Origin: Gemmatimonadota bacterium
GTDB lineage: Bacteria; Gemmatimonadota; Gemmatimonadetes; Gemmatimonadales; GWC2-71-9
Direction of reading: 5' to 3'
Assembly (NCBI GenBank): GCA_041491545.1
Contig: JBGPVE010000003.1
Location: 1-32,508 of the forward strand
DNA: 32,508 nt
Shown: piece by piece, positions 19,053 through 27,133 of the stretch
Layout: every line of letters starts with the position of its first letter
How positions within the stretch are numbered: the stretch's first letter is position 1
Notes under the pieces: generated by a model
Databases searched by the model: none
Seen by the model: the letters and a program-made list of their open reading frames with translations, nothing else
What the model was told of the DNA's origin: nothing
Position numbers and translations under genes: made by a program

Positions 19053-20851
19053 GGTCGGGGCACTCCGTTCGCCTCGAGAATGCGGACGGCCTCCTCGCCG
19101 GGGATTGTCTCGCGATCCAGCAGCGCCTGGGCGAGCGCGTCGAGTGCCGGCCGATGCGCCTCGACGAGGAAGCGGGCTTTGGCATAGAGCCCTTCGACGA
19201 TCTCTCTTACGTCACGATCCATCGCGGCATGCGCTTCGGCGCTGGTCGGACCGTTGGCGTCCAGCGTAACCAGGCCGGTCGAATGCCCCATGCCGAGATT
19301 GTAGACCATATCCTTGGCGATGCGCGTCGTATGCTGTAGATCGCTGCGGGCGCCGCTCGTGATCAGGTCCGGCCCGAACACGATCTCTTCGGCGGCGCGG
19401 CCGGCGAGTCCCTTGAGAATCTGGCTCTCGAGGTAGCGCCGCGAGTGGAGATGTTGATCGCTCGAGGGTGAGAAGAAGGCGACGCCCATCGCTTGCCCGC
19501 GAGGCTGGATGGTGACCTTGTGCAGCCCGTCCTCGGGACAGGCGACCACACCCGCCAGCGCGTGTCCGGCCTCGTGCACGGCCACCACCAACCATTCGTT
19601 GTCCGACGCGTGGAATCCGGTGCGCTCCTTCCCCAGGAGCAGTCGATCGCGCGCCGTTTCGATGTCGGGCCACGCCACCGCATCAGCGCCGTGGCGCGCC
19701 GCCGCGATCGCCGCCTCGTTGACCAGGTTGGCCAGGTCGGCTCCGCTGGTCTGCGGCATGAGGCGGGCCAGCCGACCCAGATCCACGTCGCTCGCGACGG
19801 GAACGGCACGCTCGGTGACGTGGAGGCGAAGAATGGCCTCCCGCTCGTCGGCCGTCGGAAGACCGACCGCGACCGTGCGATCGAATCGGCCCGGCCGCCG
19901 CAGCGCGACGTCCAGATCATCGGGCCGGTTCGTCGCCCCGATGACCAGCACGCCTTCACGCTGAGAGAAGCCGTCCATTTCGACCAGCAGTTGGTTGAGT
20001 GTCCGGTCGTCCTCGTTGTGATTCTGATTGGAGCCACGTCGAGCGCCGATCGCGTCGATCTCATCGATGAAGATCACCCCTCCGCGCTTGCGGGCCCGCT
20101 TGAACAATCCCTTGATCCGGGCCACGCCCAGGCCGATGAGAAAGCCGGTGACTTCCGAGCCCGAGATGGCGAAGAACGGGACACCCGCCTCGCCCGCCAC
20201 CGCCCGCGCCATGAGGGTCTTGCCGGTGCCGGGCGGACCGTACATCAGGACGCCCTTGGGCACCCGGGCCCCGACCTTATCGAACTTCTCCGCATGCTTC
20301 AGGAATTCGACGGTCTCCTTGAGCTCGGCGATCGTGCCCTCGTTGCCGGCGACGTTAGCGAAGGTCGTCGTCGAGATCGCCTCCTCGCCGAGGGGTCCGG
20401 CGCCGCCCTGATTGCCGGCCGAGCGATAGAGCAGGACACCGAGCGCGCCAAAGCCGGCGAGCACCACCAGCAGATTGAGCGCGGCCATCCGGTCGTGGCT
20501 CGTCCGCTCCGCAAAAGCGACGGTGACGCCGGCCCGGTCGGCTCGGCGCAGCAGGTCGTCGAACGCCGCCGAGGTGTAAACGGCCCGAAAGGCGCCGCCA
20601 TGCCCACCCGGCGCGCGCCACCGACCGCGGACCTCGACGCCCGGGTCGATCTCGAGCGAGGCGACCCGGCCCAGGCCGAGATCGGCGACGAGGGCGGAGT
20701 AGCTGACGACCTGAGGGAGGGTGGTCTGTTGGGCGCGGCGAACGGCGATCCCGCCGACGGCGAGGAGCAGTGGGACGGCGAGGGCCGCCCAAGTGGCGCG
20801 GTGGGACAGGAATGCCCGCCAACGAGAGTCGGTGCCTTTAGGAGCCGGCAT
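19049..20851 (-). CDS. ftsH: FtsH-family ATP-dependent zinc metalloprotease (divergent paralog)
   Basis: Two TM helices, GPPGTGKT, IFIDEIDA, TLNQLLVEMDGF, ATNRPD.LD.AL.RPGRFDR, HEAGH, and TSGARSD (third Zn ligand). Confidence 0.92.
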   Translation of the reverse strand: MPAPKGTDSRWRAFLSHRATWAALAVPLLLAVGGIAVRRAQQTTLPQVVSYSALVADLGLGRVASLEIDPGVEVRGRWRAPGGHGGAFRAVYTSAAFDDLLRRADRAGVTVAFAERTSHDRMAALNLLVVLAGFGALGVLLYRSAGNQGGAGPLGEEAISTTTFANVAGNEGTIAELKETVEFLKHAEKFDKVGARVPKGVLMYGPPGTGKTLMARAVAGEAGVPFFAISGSEVTGFLIGLGVARIKGLFKRARKRGGVIFIDEIDAIGARRGSNQNHNEDDRTLNQLLVEMDGFSQREGVLVIGATNRPDDLDVALRRPGRFDRTVAVGLPTADEREAILRLHVTERAVPVASDVDLGRLARLMPQTSGADLANLVNEAAIAAARHGADAVAWPDIETARDRLLLGKERTGFHASDNEWLVVAVHEAGHALAGVVACPEDGLHKVTIQPRGQAMGVAFFSPSSDQHLHSRRYLESQILKGLAGRAAEEIVFGPDLITSGARSDLQHTTRIAKDMVYNLGMGHSTGLVTLDANGPTSAEAHAAMDRDVREIVEGLYAKARFLVEAHRPALDALAQALLDRETIPGEEAVRILEANGVPRP

Positions 20852-20920
20852 GAGCTGCTACCGTGTTTCTGTTGAGAAAAGCGCGAGGGGAAACCACCCG
20901 CGGACGTGGCGACCACGGAG

Positions 20921-20937
20921 AGCAACATGCGAGCCAA
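20921..20937 (-). promoter_or_regulatory. Sigma54 (-24/-12) promoter upstream of the ftsH paralog
   Basis: Minus strand reads TTGGCTCGCATGTTGCT, which has GG-N10-GC spacing and one mismatch to TGGCACGNNNNTTGCW. Confidence 0.7.
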
Positions 20938-21027
20938 CAAGATCAGCCGCATACCGCCATGGAAAAGGCAGTTCCGCTCTGTGACTTTGCCAAAAAGCTG
21001 ACCTTCTGCACGGCCGCGCCATCCCAA

Positions 21028-21043
21028 GGGCACGAAGGTTGCC
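21028..21043 (+). promoter_or_regulatory. Sigma54 (-24/-12) promoter upstream of the PHP phosphatase
   Basis: GGGCACGAAGGTTGCC has the GGCACG-N4-TTGC core with exact spacing, about 15 nt before ATG 21059. Confidence 0.6.
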
Positions 21044-21058
21044 GAGAGACAGACCACC

Positions 21059-21898
21059 ATGCACCCGTCGAAACCCGATTTTCCCGTGATCGATCTGCAC
21101 AGCCACCTGGTTCCCGCCGTGGACGACGGCGCCGCCACCGTCGAAGAAGCCCTCGACTCGCTTCGCTCGCTCCACTCAGAGGGTGTCACCGCACTGGTCA
21201 CCACCCCGCACCTCATGCTCCCACGGCTGGACACCGCCGCGGCCATCGACCGCGAGCTGGAGCGGCACCGCCGGGCGTTCGAGCGGTTGCTCACGGCGGC
21301 CGACCAGGAAGAGGGCCTGCCTGAGCTGGAGTTGGGTCAGGAGATCTGGGCTTCGGACGCGGCTATGATCGAACGGGTGCTCCGCCGAACGGACGTGGGC
21401 CTGGCCGAGACGCGGTATTTGCTGGTGGAGTTCGGCTTTGTCCTGCTGGGGACCCACACCGACGTGATCGAGGCGGTGCTGGCGGCCGGGCGGCAGATCG
21501 TCATCGCGCACGCCGAGCGGTATCAGTATCCGCTGGCCGTCGATCCGATCGAGACGGCGCACGCCTGGCGGGAGCTAGGCGCGCTGCTCCAGATCAACGC
21601 GGGGAGCCTCACCGGGCACTACCGCGAGTCCAATCCGCAGTCGCAGACGCTTGCCTGGCGCCTCATCGATGAGGGATTGGCGGATCTGATCGCGACCGAC
21701 CACCACGGGTCGCGGCGGGTTGGCGTGTCGCCACTCGAGGCATGGCAGGCGCTCGAGGCGGCGGGACGAGCCGGCCAAGCGGAGATGCTGCTGCGTGAAA
21801 TTCCGGAACGAATCTGGCGCGATGAGCCGGTGATAGCCGCCGGAGCGGCCACCCGCGCCGCGCTCAGTACCAGCCGATCGGCTTCTCGTCGAGATTGA
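21059..21898 (+). CDS. PHP-family protein-tyrosine phosphatase (CpsB/CapC/YwqE-like)
   Basis: IDLHSHLVP.VDDGA, TTPH, GQE, YLLVEF, IAHAERY, LQINAGSL.G and ATDHH. Confidence 0.9.
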   Translation: MHPSKPDFPVIDLHSHLVPAVDDGAATVEEALDSLRSLHSEGVTALVTTPHLMLPRLDTAAAIDRELERHRRAFERLLTAADQEEGLPELELGQEIWASDAAMIERVLRRTDVGLAETRYLLVEFGFVLLGTHTDVIEAVLAAGRQIVIAHAERYQYPLAVDPIETAHAWRELGALLQINAGSLTGHYRESNPQSQTLAWRLIDEGLADLIATDHHGSRRVGVSPLEAWQALEAAGRAGQAEMLLREIPERIWRDEPVIAAGAATRAALSTSRSASRRD

Positions 21899-23366
21899 TG
21901 TAGACCTGCTTGGTCTCGAGGTACTCGTCGACTCCCCAGTGCCCCAACTCACGACCGAACCCGGAAGACTTGTAGCCGCCCCAGGGTGCTTCGACGAACG
22001 TCGGCTGCATGTGATTCACCCACACGATTCCAGCCTCCAACGCCTTCACCACCCGGAATGCCTTGAAGATGTCGCGGGTCCAGACGGCGGCCGCCAAGCC
22101 GTACGGCGTCGCGTTGGCGATCCGGATCGCGTCCGCCTCGTCCTTGAAGGGGATCACGCTCATCACCGGACCGAAGATCTCCTCCTGCGCGATGCGCGCG
22201 GAGTTGTCCACGTCGTAGAAAATCGTCGGCTCGACGTACCAGCCCTTGGCGTGCTCCTTCGGCACCCCGCCACCTAGCGCGACCTTCGCTTCCCGCCGGC
22301 CGATCTTCTGGTACTCGACGACCCGATCGCGCTGTGCCGCGCTCACCAGCGGCCCCATCTTGCTGGCGCGGTCGAGTCCGCTCCCGACTTTGATGGTCTT
22401 TGCCTTGGCGACCGCCGCGTCGAGAAACTTCTTGTAGATGTCCTTCTGCACCAGCACGCGGCTGCCGGCGGAGCACACCTCGCCTTGGTTGATGAAGACG
22501 CCGAAGAGCGCGCCATCCACGGCGTTCTCGAAGTCGGCGTCGCTGAAGAAGATGTTGGGCGATTTGCCCCCCAGCTCGAGTGAGACGCGCTTGAGCTGAT
22601 CGGCGGCGCTCCGCATGATGAGCTTGCCCACCTCGGCGCTGCCGGTGAACGCGATCTTGCGTGCGTCGGGATGGGCGACCAGCGGAGCCCCAGCGCCGGG
22701 CCCGTCCCCGGTGACGACGTTCACCACGCCGGGCGGCAGTCCGACCGACTCGAAGTCCTCCGCCAGCTTGAGAATCGAGAGCGGGGTCTGCTCCGCCGGC
22801 TTCAGAACGACGGTGCAGCCGGCCGCGAGCGCGGGCGCGATCTTCCACGCCGCCATCATCAGCGGGTAGTTCCAGGGAATGATCTGACCGGCCACGCCCA
22901 TCGGCTCCCGCATCGCGAACGCCACCGCGTCCGCCGGCACGGGCAATACCTCCCCATTGATCTTCGTGGCGAGGCCGCCGTAATACTCGAAACAGGTGGC
23001 GGTATCGTCCATGTCGAACTCGGACTCGGCGATCGGCTTGCCCGAGTTGAGGGTCTCGAGCTCCGCCAGCTCGGCGCGGCGGACGCGAATCCGTTCGGCG
23101 AGTCGAAAGAGCACCCGGCCTCGTTCCTGGGCCGTCACCGCCTTCCAGCCGCCGTAGAAGGCCCGCTTGGCAGCCTTCACGGCACGGTCGACGTCCTCCG
23201 ATCCGGCGGCCGGGCAGGTCGCGATCACCCCCTCGGTCGCGGGGTCGTACACCTCGAAAGTCTTGCCGCTCTTTGCTTCTACGAACCTGCCGTCGATGTA
23301 CATCCGGTAGGCGGTCACCGCGCGTCGCGCGGCGGGCCGCTTTGGGGCCTTCGCTGCAGTCGTCAT
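21864..23366 (-). CDS. Aldehyde dehydrogenase, betaine/aminoaldehyde dehydrogenase-like
   Basis: IIPWNYPL, KPAEQTP, FTGS, LELGGKSP, catalytic NQGEVCSAG, EEIFGPV and PWGGYKSSGFGRELG. Aminoaldehyde specificity is inferred from these motifs and the gene context. Confidence 0.9.
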   Translation of the reverse strand: MTTAAKAPKRPAARRAVTAYRMYIDGRFVEAKSGKTFEVYDPATEGVIATCPAAGSEDVDRAVKAAKRAFYGGWKAVTAQERGRVLFRLAERIRVRRAELAELETLNSGKPIAESEFDMDDTATCFEYYGGLATKINGEVLPVPADAVAFAMREPMGVAGQIIPWNYPLMMAAWKIAPALAAGCTVVLKPAEQTPLSILKLAEDFESVGLPPGVVNVVTGDGPGAGAPLVAHPDARKIAFTGSAEVGKLIMRSAADQLKRVSLELGGKSPNIFFSDADFENAVDGALFGVFINQGEVCSAGSRVLVQKDIYKKFLDAAVAKAKTIKVGSGLDRASKMGPLVSAAQRDRVVEYQKIGRREAKVALGGGVPKEHAKGWYVEPTIFYDVDNSARIAQEEIFGPVMSVIPFKDEADAIRIANATPYGLAAAVWTRDIFKAFRVVKALEAGIVWVNHMQPTFVEAPWGGYKSSGFGRELGHWGVDEYLETKQVYINLDEKPIGWY

Positions 23367-23398
23367 CGTTCGATTCCTCTAGACCCGATCAATCCCCG

Positions 23399-24637
23399 TC
23401 AAGCGGCAGGCACGAGAAAGGGTACGGTCGTCTCCTGGGGCAGATCCCGCATCGACATGGTGTCGTCGCGGATATACCATGGCATCCCCGCCGAGCCCAG
23501 CCGGTCCAAGAACGGATCGGGGTCCAGCTGTTCCGGCGATATGACGCCGATGCCGGACCAGATGCCCTCAGCGATGAGCCCGGCCGCGATGACGGGCGGG
23601 ATCCCCGTCTGATACGCGGTGGCCTGAACGCCAAGCTCGGCGTAGACCCGCTCGTGATCGCAGATGTTGTAGATGTAATACGCGCGTGGCTTCCCGTCCT
23701 TGAACCCGCGGGCCAGCGTGCCGACGCAGGTCTTCCCGCGGAGGCGGCCGGCAAGGTCGTTGGGCTCGGGCATCAGCGACACGACCACGTCCCGCGGTCG
23801 CACTTCCACGTCGCCGACTTCGACGAGATCCTTGCGGGAGAGGCCGAGGCGCCACATGACCCGCAGGGTTTCGACCGTGACGTCGTCCATGCAGAGCTTG
23901 AAGTCGACGGTCCGGGTCCGCGGGAAGAACCGCGGCAGGGTCTTCGACTCCTCGTGATCGACGTAGAAGCAGTTGAGCGTGCCCAGCTCGGGAAACACGA
24001 ACGGCTCGAGTCCGCTGAGCGGCTCTTCCAAGTGGTAGCGACCGTCCCGCCAGGAGACGGCCTTGCAGAGACATTCATCGATGAAGACCCATGGGCTGAA
24101 CGCGGCGATGAAGCCGTTGTGGCCCTGGCATACCGAATTGTCGCCGTCGCGGATGCGCAGCTCGGTCACCTCATCCAGGAGGTGCTTCGCCGCATACGCG
24201 GCATAGACGTTGGAGGTACCCGGGTCGGCTCCCATACCGAGGAGCGCGAGTCGGCCGGCCGCCTTGAACTCGGCGTCCAGCGCGAACTGATCTTCCAGCT
24301 TGGGGATTCCGTCGGCATCGGTGCCGCCGCTGGCCATGTCGATATAGTCGCACCCGGCGTCGAGACAGGCGCGCATGACGACCAGATTGGTGACGGGCAG
24401 TGCCGCGTTCAACAGAACGGTGGTACCGGTGTCGCGGAGGACGCGGGCGAGATCGGTACGGCTCGCCGCATCGAGGGTAACGGCCCGGACCCTTGGGTCA
24501 TCAAGCCGGTCCGCGAGTAGGGCTGCGCGGGCGGACACCGCGTCGGCGACGACGAGTTGCTCGACGTTCGCCTCCTGCACGAATTTGAGAGCGGACACGG
24601 TCCCCACCGCGCCGGCCCCGAGGACCAGGACTTTCAC
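23399..24637 (-). CDS. Saccharopine dehydrogenase-family enzyme, carboxy(nor)spermidine dehydrogenase-like
   Basis: Rossmann VLVLGAGAVG, NAALP, YID.A, GMGADPG, AYAAKHLLDEV, HEE and QATAYQTGIP resemble CASDH/CANSDH. GAGGAG SD lies 3 nt before the GTG. Confidence 0.8.
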   Translation of the reverse strand: MKVLVLGAGAVGTVSALKFVQEANVEQLVVADAVSARAALLADRLDDPRVRAVTLDAASRTDLARVLRDTGTTVLLNAALPVTNLVVMRACLDAGCDYIDMASGGTDADGIPKLEDQFALDAEFKAAGRLALLGMGADPGTSNVYAAYAAKHLLDEVTELRIRDGDNSVCQGHNGFIAAFSPWVFIDECLCKAVSWRDGRYHLEEPLSGLEPFVFPELGTLNCFYVDHEESKTLPRFFPRTRTVDFKLCMDDVTVETLRVMWRLGLSRKDLVEVGDVEVRPRDVVVSLMPEPNDLAGRLRGKTCVGTLARGFKDGKPRAYYIYNICDHERVYAELGVQATAYQTGIPPVIAAGLIAEGIWSGIGVISPEQLDPDPFLDRLGSAGMPWYIRDDTMSMRDLPQETTVPFLVPAA

Positions 24638-24800
24638 AAACTCCTCTTTTCATTGTTGGCGCGGCACCGGTCCGGGAGACGAGCTCCCTCGCCCCCGCCG
24701 CAGATGGGGGCTCGCAGCTCAAGGAGAAAGTCAGCTGCGAGAGTGGACCCTCCGCTTGGTCGGAGGATGCAAACACGCCCTGCCGGGAGGCAGGCCGCAT
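24638..24800 (-). ncRNA. Candidate structured cis-regulatory 5' leader (riboswitch-like)
   Basis: Five consecutive hairpins plus closing helices lie between an extended -10 and the SD. One loop carries CUCCUU, complementary to the SD. It matches no riboswitch class I recognise. Confidence 0.5.
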
Positions 24801-24804
24801 AGCC

Positions 24805-24835
24805 ACTCTACCACCGACCCCCCACCCCTTGTCCA
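24805..24835 (-). promoter_or_regulatory. Putative sigma70 extended -10 promoter of the dehydrogenase-ALDH operon
   Basis: Minus strand reads TGGACA-N19-TAGAGT with a TGn extension. The spacer is long. Confidence 0.4.
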
Positions 24836-24933
24836 GCCCCCCCGAAAGCACCCAGAAGGGACAAAGTTGTGCCTGGCTCTCCGGCCGTTTGGTGCAACGT
24901 CTTGCAGGGAAGCGCCTTACAGAGGCCGGCTCC

Positions 24934-25037
24934 GCGGATCGGTGGCCGGCGGAGCGCGCTGCGGTTCGCGAGCAGGGGGGTGGGTTGTAACAGAAGCGGC
25001 TGCTCACCGACGCGCGCTCCGCCAGCCACCGATCCGC
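24934..25037. repeat. 26-bp inverted repeat forming a long hairpin
   Basis: GCGGATCGGTGGCCGGCGGAGCGCGC (24934-24959) pairs with 25012-25037 at 25 of 26 positions. Inner pairings are CGGT/ACCG and GAGCAG/CTGCTC. Confidence 0.9.
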
Positions 25038-25162
25038 TGCGCCCGAAGGGCGGGCACGCCAATGCGGGCATTTTGATCGACCGGATTCGCTGCACGTACA
25101 TGGACGGGGCGCATGGCGGGCGGTTGGGGGCGATGGCATCTTTGCTCATCCACGAGGATGCG

Positions 25163-27133
25163 ATGCACGACTCCGACGACAAGCGATTGGGGATGGACCG
25201 CGCGATTCCACGTCGAGACTTTCTCAACGGCGTGGCGCTCGCCGTGGGGGGAGCACTGCTCTCGCACGGGACGTCGATGTCGCCCGGTGCGCTCCTCGCG
25301 CTTCAGGGCGACGACTTCGCGCCGGAGCGCGCGCGGGGTTATTACCCGCCGGCGCTCACGGGACTTCGCGGGAGCCACCCGGGGTCGTACGAGGTCGCGC
25401 ACCGGCTGCGTGACGGCGGACTCGATGCGATGATGCGGAGCGCGCGTCCCAGCCGCGAAACGTACGATCTGATCGTCGTGGGCGGCGGCATCAGCGGCCT
25501 CGCCGCCGCGCACTTCTACCACCAGTCTGCGGGGCACGGCGCGCGGGTCCTCGTCCTCGACAATCACGACGATTTCGGCGGCCATGCCAAGCGGAACGAG
25601 TTCCGCTGCGACGGGCGGCTCCTGATCGGCTACGGGGGAACCCAATCGATCGACGCACCCTCGCGCTACAGCGCCGAGGCGCGCGGACTCCTGACGGAGT
25701 TGGGGATCGACGTGCGGAAGTTCCATCAGGCCTTCGATCAGACGTTCTACAGCTCCCGCCATCTCAAGCCCTCGGTGTTTCTCGGCCGCGAGACGTTCGG
25801 CGCCGATGGGCTGATCGTGGGTTTCGGCCGGCGGCAGGCCTCCGACGCGACTCGTGCCCAGTTGCTGAAGGGTGCTCCGCTCTCCGACGCGGCGCGGGCC
25901 GGCATCGAGCGCGTGTTGTCGGACAAGACCGACCACCTCCCCGGTCTCACATCCGACGCCAAGAAGGCTCGCCTCGCGCGCACGAGCTACCGCGACTATC
26001 TGCTGCAGGTGCTGCGGGTCCATCCGGACACGATCCCGTTCTTCCAGACATGGACCCACGATCTGTACGGCGTGGGCATCGACGCCGTGCCGGCGCTCGA
26101 CTGCTGGGGTCTCGACTTTCCCGGATTCGAGGGGCTCAATCTGGCGCCGGGCGCAGCACCCGGCATCTCGCGCACCGCCGAGCCGCACGAGGAAGAGCCG
26201 TACATCTTCCACTTCCCCGACGGGAACGCGTCGGTCGCGCGGCTGCTGGTGCGGCGTCTCGTGCCCGGCGCGGCACCGGGTCACACGATGGAGGACATCG
26301 TGACGGCGCGGGTGGACTACGCCCGGCTCGACCTGCCGGGCTCATCGACCCGAATCCGGCTCAACAGCACGGCCATTCGGGTGCGGCACGTCGGCGACCC
26401 GTCCAATGCGCACGAGGTGGAGGTGACGTACGCACGCGGAGGGAGAGTGCGCACGGTGCGGGCGGGCGGGTGCGTGCTGGCCTGCTGGAACGGGATGATT
26501 CCCTACCTCTGCCCCGAGCTGCCGGCGCCGCAGAAAGAGGCGCTCGCATACGGGGTGAAGGTGCCGCTGGTCTACACCAACGTGGCGCTCCGCAACTGGC
26601 GTGCGTTCGCGAAGCTCGGCATATCCTCGATCACCGCGCCGGGGAGCTACTACTCAGCCGCGAGCCTCGATTTTCCGGTGAGTCTGGGCCAGTATCACTT
26701 CTCGCGCTCGCCGGACGAGCCGATCGTGCTGCACGTCCTGCGGACGCCGTGCAGCCCGGGGCTCCCCGCGCGGCAGCAACACCGGATCGGCCATGCGGAG
26801 CTGCTGACGACGTCGTTCCAGACCTTCGAGCGACACCTTCGGGACCAGCTCGGCCGGATGCTGGTGGGGGGCGGGTTCGATCCGGCGCGGGACATCGCCG
26901 GGATCACCGTGAACCGTTGGCCGCACGGCTACGCGTACGAGTACAACTCGCTGTGGGATCCGCTGTGGCCGGCGGATCAGCAGCCCTGCGTGATCGGCCG
27001 CAAGCCGTTCGGGCGGATCACGATCGCGAACTCCGACGCCGGCGCGTACGCCTACACCAACTGCGCCATCGACCAGGCGCATCGCGCGGTTGGCGAGGTC
27101 GTCGCGGCCGTTGGAGTCGCGCACCGAAGCTGA
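25163..27133 (+). CDS. spdH: Spermidine dehydrogenase SpdH-like flavoprotein with Tat signal
   Basis: PRRDFLNG Tat motif, YYPPALTGLRGSHPGSYEVAH, VVGGGISGLAAA, LDNHDDFGGHAKRNEF, GYGGTQSI, FPDGNAS, NRWPHGYAY and IANSDAGA, all characteristic of the P. aeruginosa SpdH family. GAGGA SD before ATG 25163. Confidence 0.85.
   Translation: MHDSDDKRLGMDRAIPRRDFLNGVALAVGGALLSHGTSMSPGALLALQGDDFAPERARGYYPPALTGLRGSHPGSYEVAHRLRDGGLDAMMRSARPSRETYDLIVVGGGISGLAAAHFYHQSAGHGARVLVLDNHDDFGGHAKRNEFRCDGRLLIGYGGTQSIDAPSRYSAEARGLLTELGIDVRKFHQAFDQTFYSSRHLKPSVFLGRETFGADGLIVGFGRRQASDATRAQLLKGAPLSDAARAGIERVLSDKTDHLPGLTSDAKKARLARTSYRDYLLQVLRVHPDTIPFFQTWTHDLYGVGIDAVPALDCWGLDFPGFEGLNLAPGAAPGISRTAEPHEEEPYIFHFPDGNASVARLLVRRLVPGAAPGHTMEDIVTARVDYARLDLPGSSTRIRLNSTAIRVRHVGDPSNAHEVEVTYARGGRVRTVRAGGCVLACWNGMIPYLCPELPAPQKEALAYGVKVPLVYTNVALRNWRAFAKLGISSITAPGSYYSAASLDFPVSLGQYHFSRSPDEPIVLHVLRTPCSPGLPARQQHRIGHAELLTTSFQTFERHLRDQLGRMLVGGGFDPARDIAGITVNRWPHGYAYEYNSLWDPLWPADQQPCVIGRKPFGRITIANSDAGAYAYTNCAIDQAHRAVGEVVAAVGVAHRS

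Noticed and set aside
20852-21058. Small ORFs spanning the ftsH-phosphatase gap
   Set aside because: They overlap real genes and promoter motifs and have no coding signature.
24638-24800. Known lysine, SAM-I, glycine or cobalamin riboswitch
   Set aside because: I could not find their conserved sequence cores by eye. It is kept only as an unclassified candidate.
24890-24906. Sigma54 promoter-like TGGTGCAACGTCTTGC
   Set aside because: Spacing is GG-N11-GC. It is better read as a palindrome.
25053-25065. Sigma54 promoter-like GGCACGCCAATGC upstream of spdH
   Set aside because: Spacing is GG-N9-GC, one base short of the strict requirement.
24375-25227. ORFs crossing the dehydrogenase-spdH gap and the 98-codon 5' extension of spdH
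   Set aside because: They are Arg/Pro/Ser-rich with no motifs, and the SD and Tat signal point to a start at 25163.
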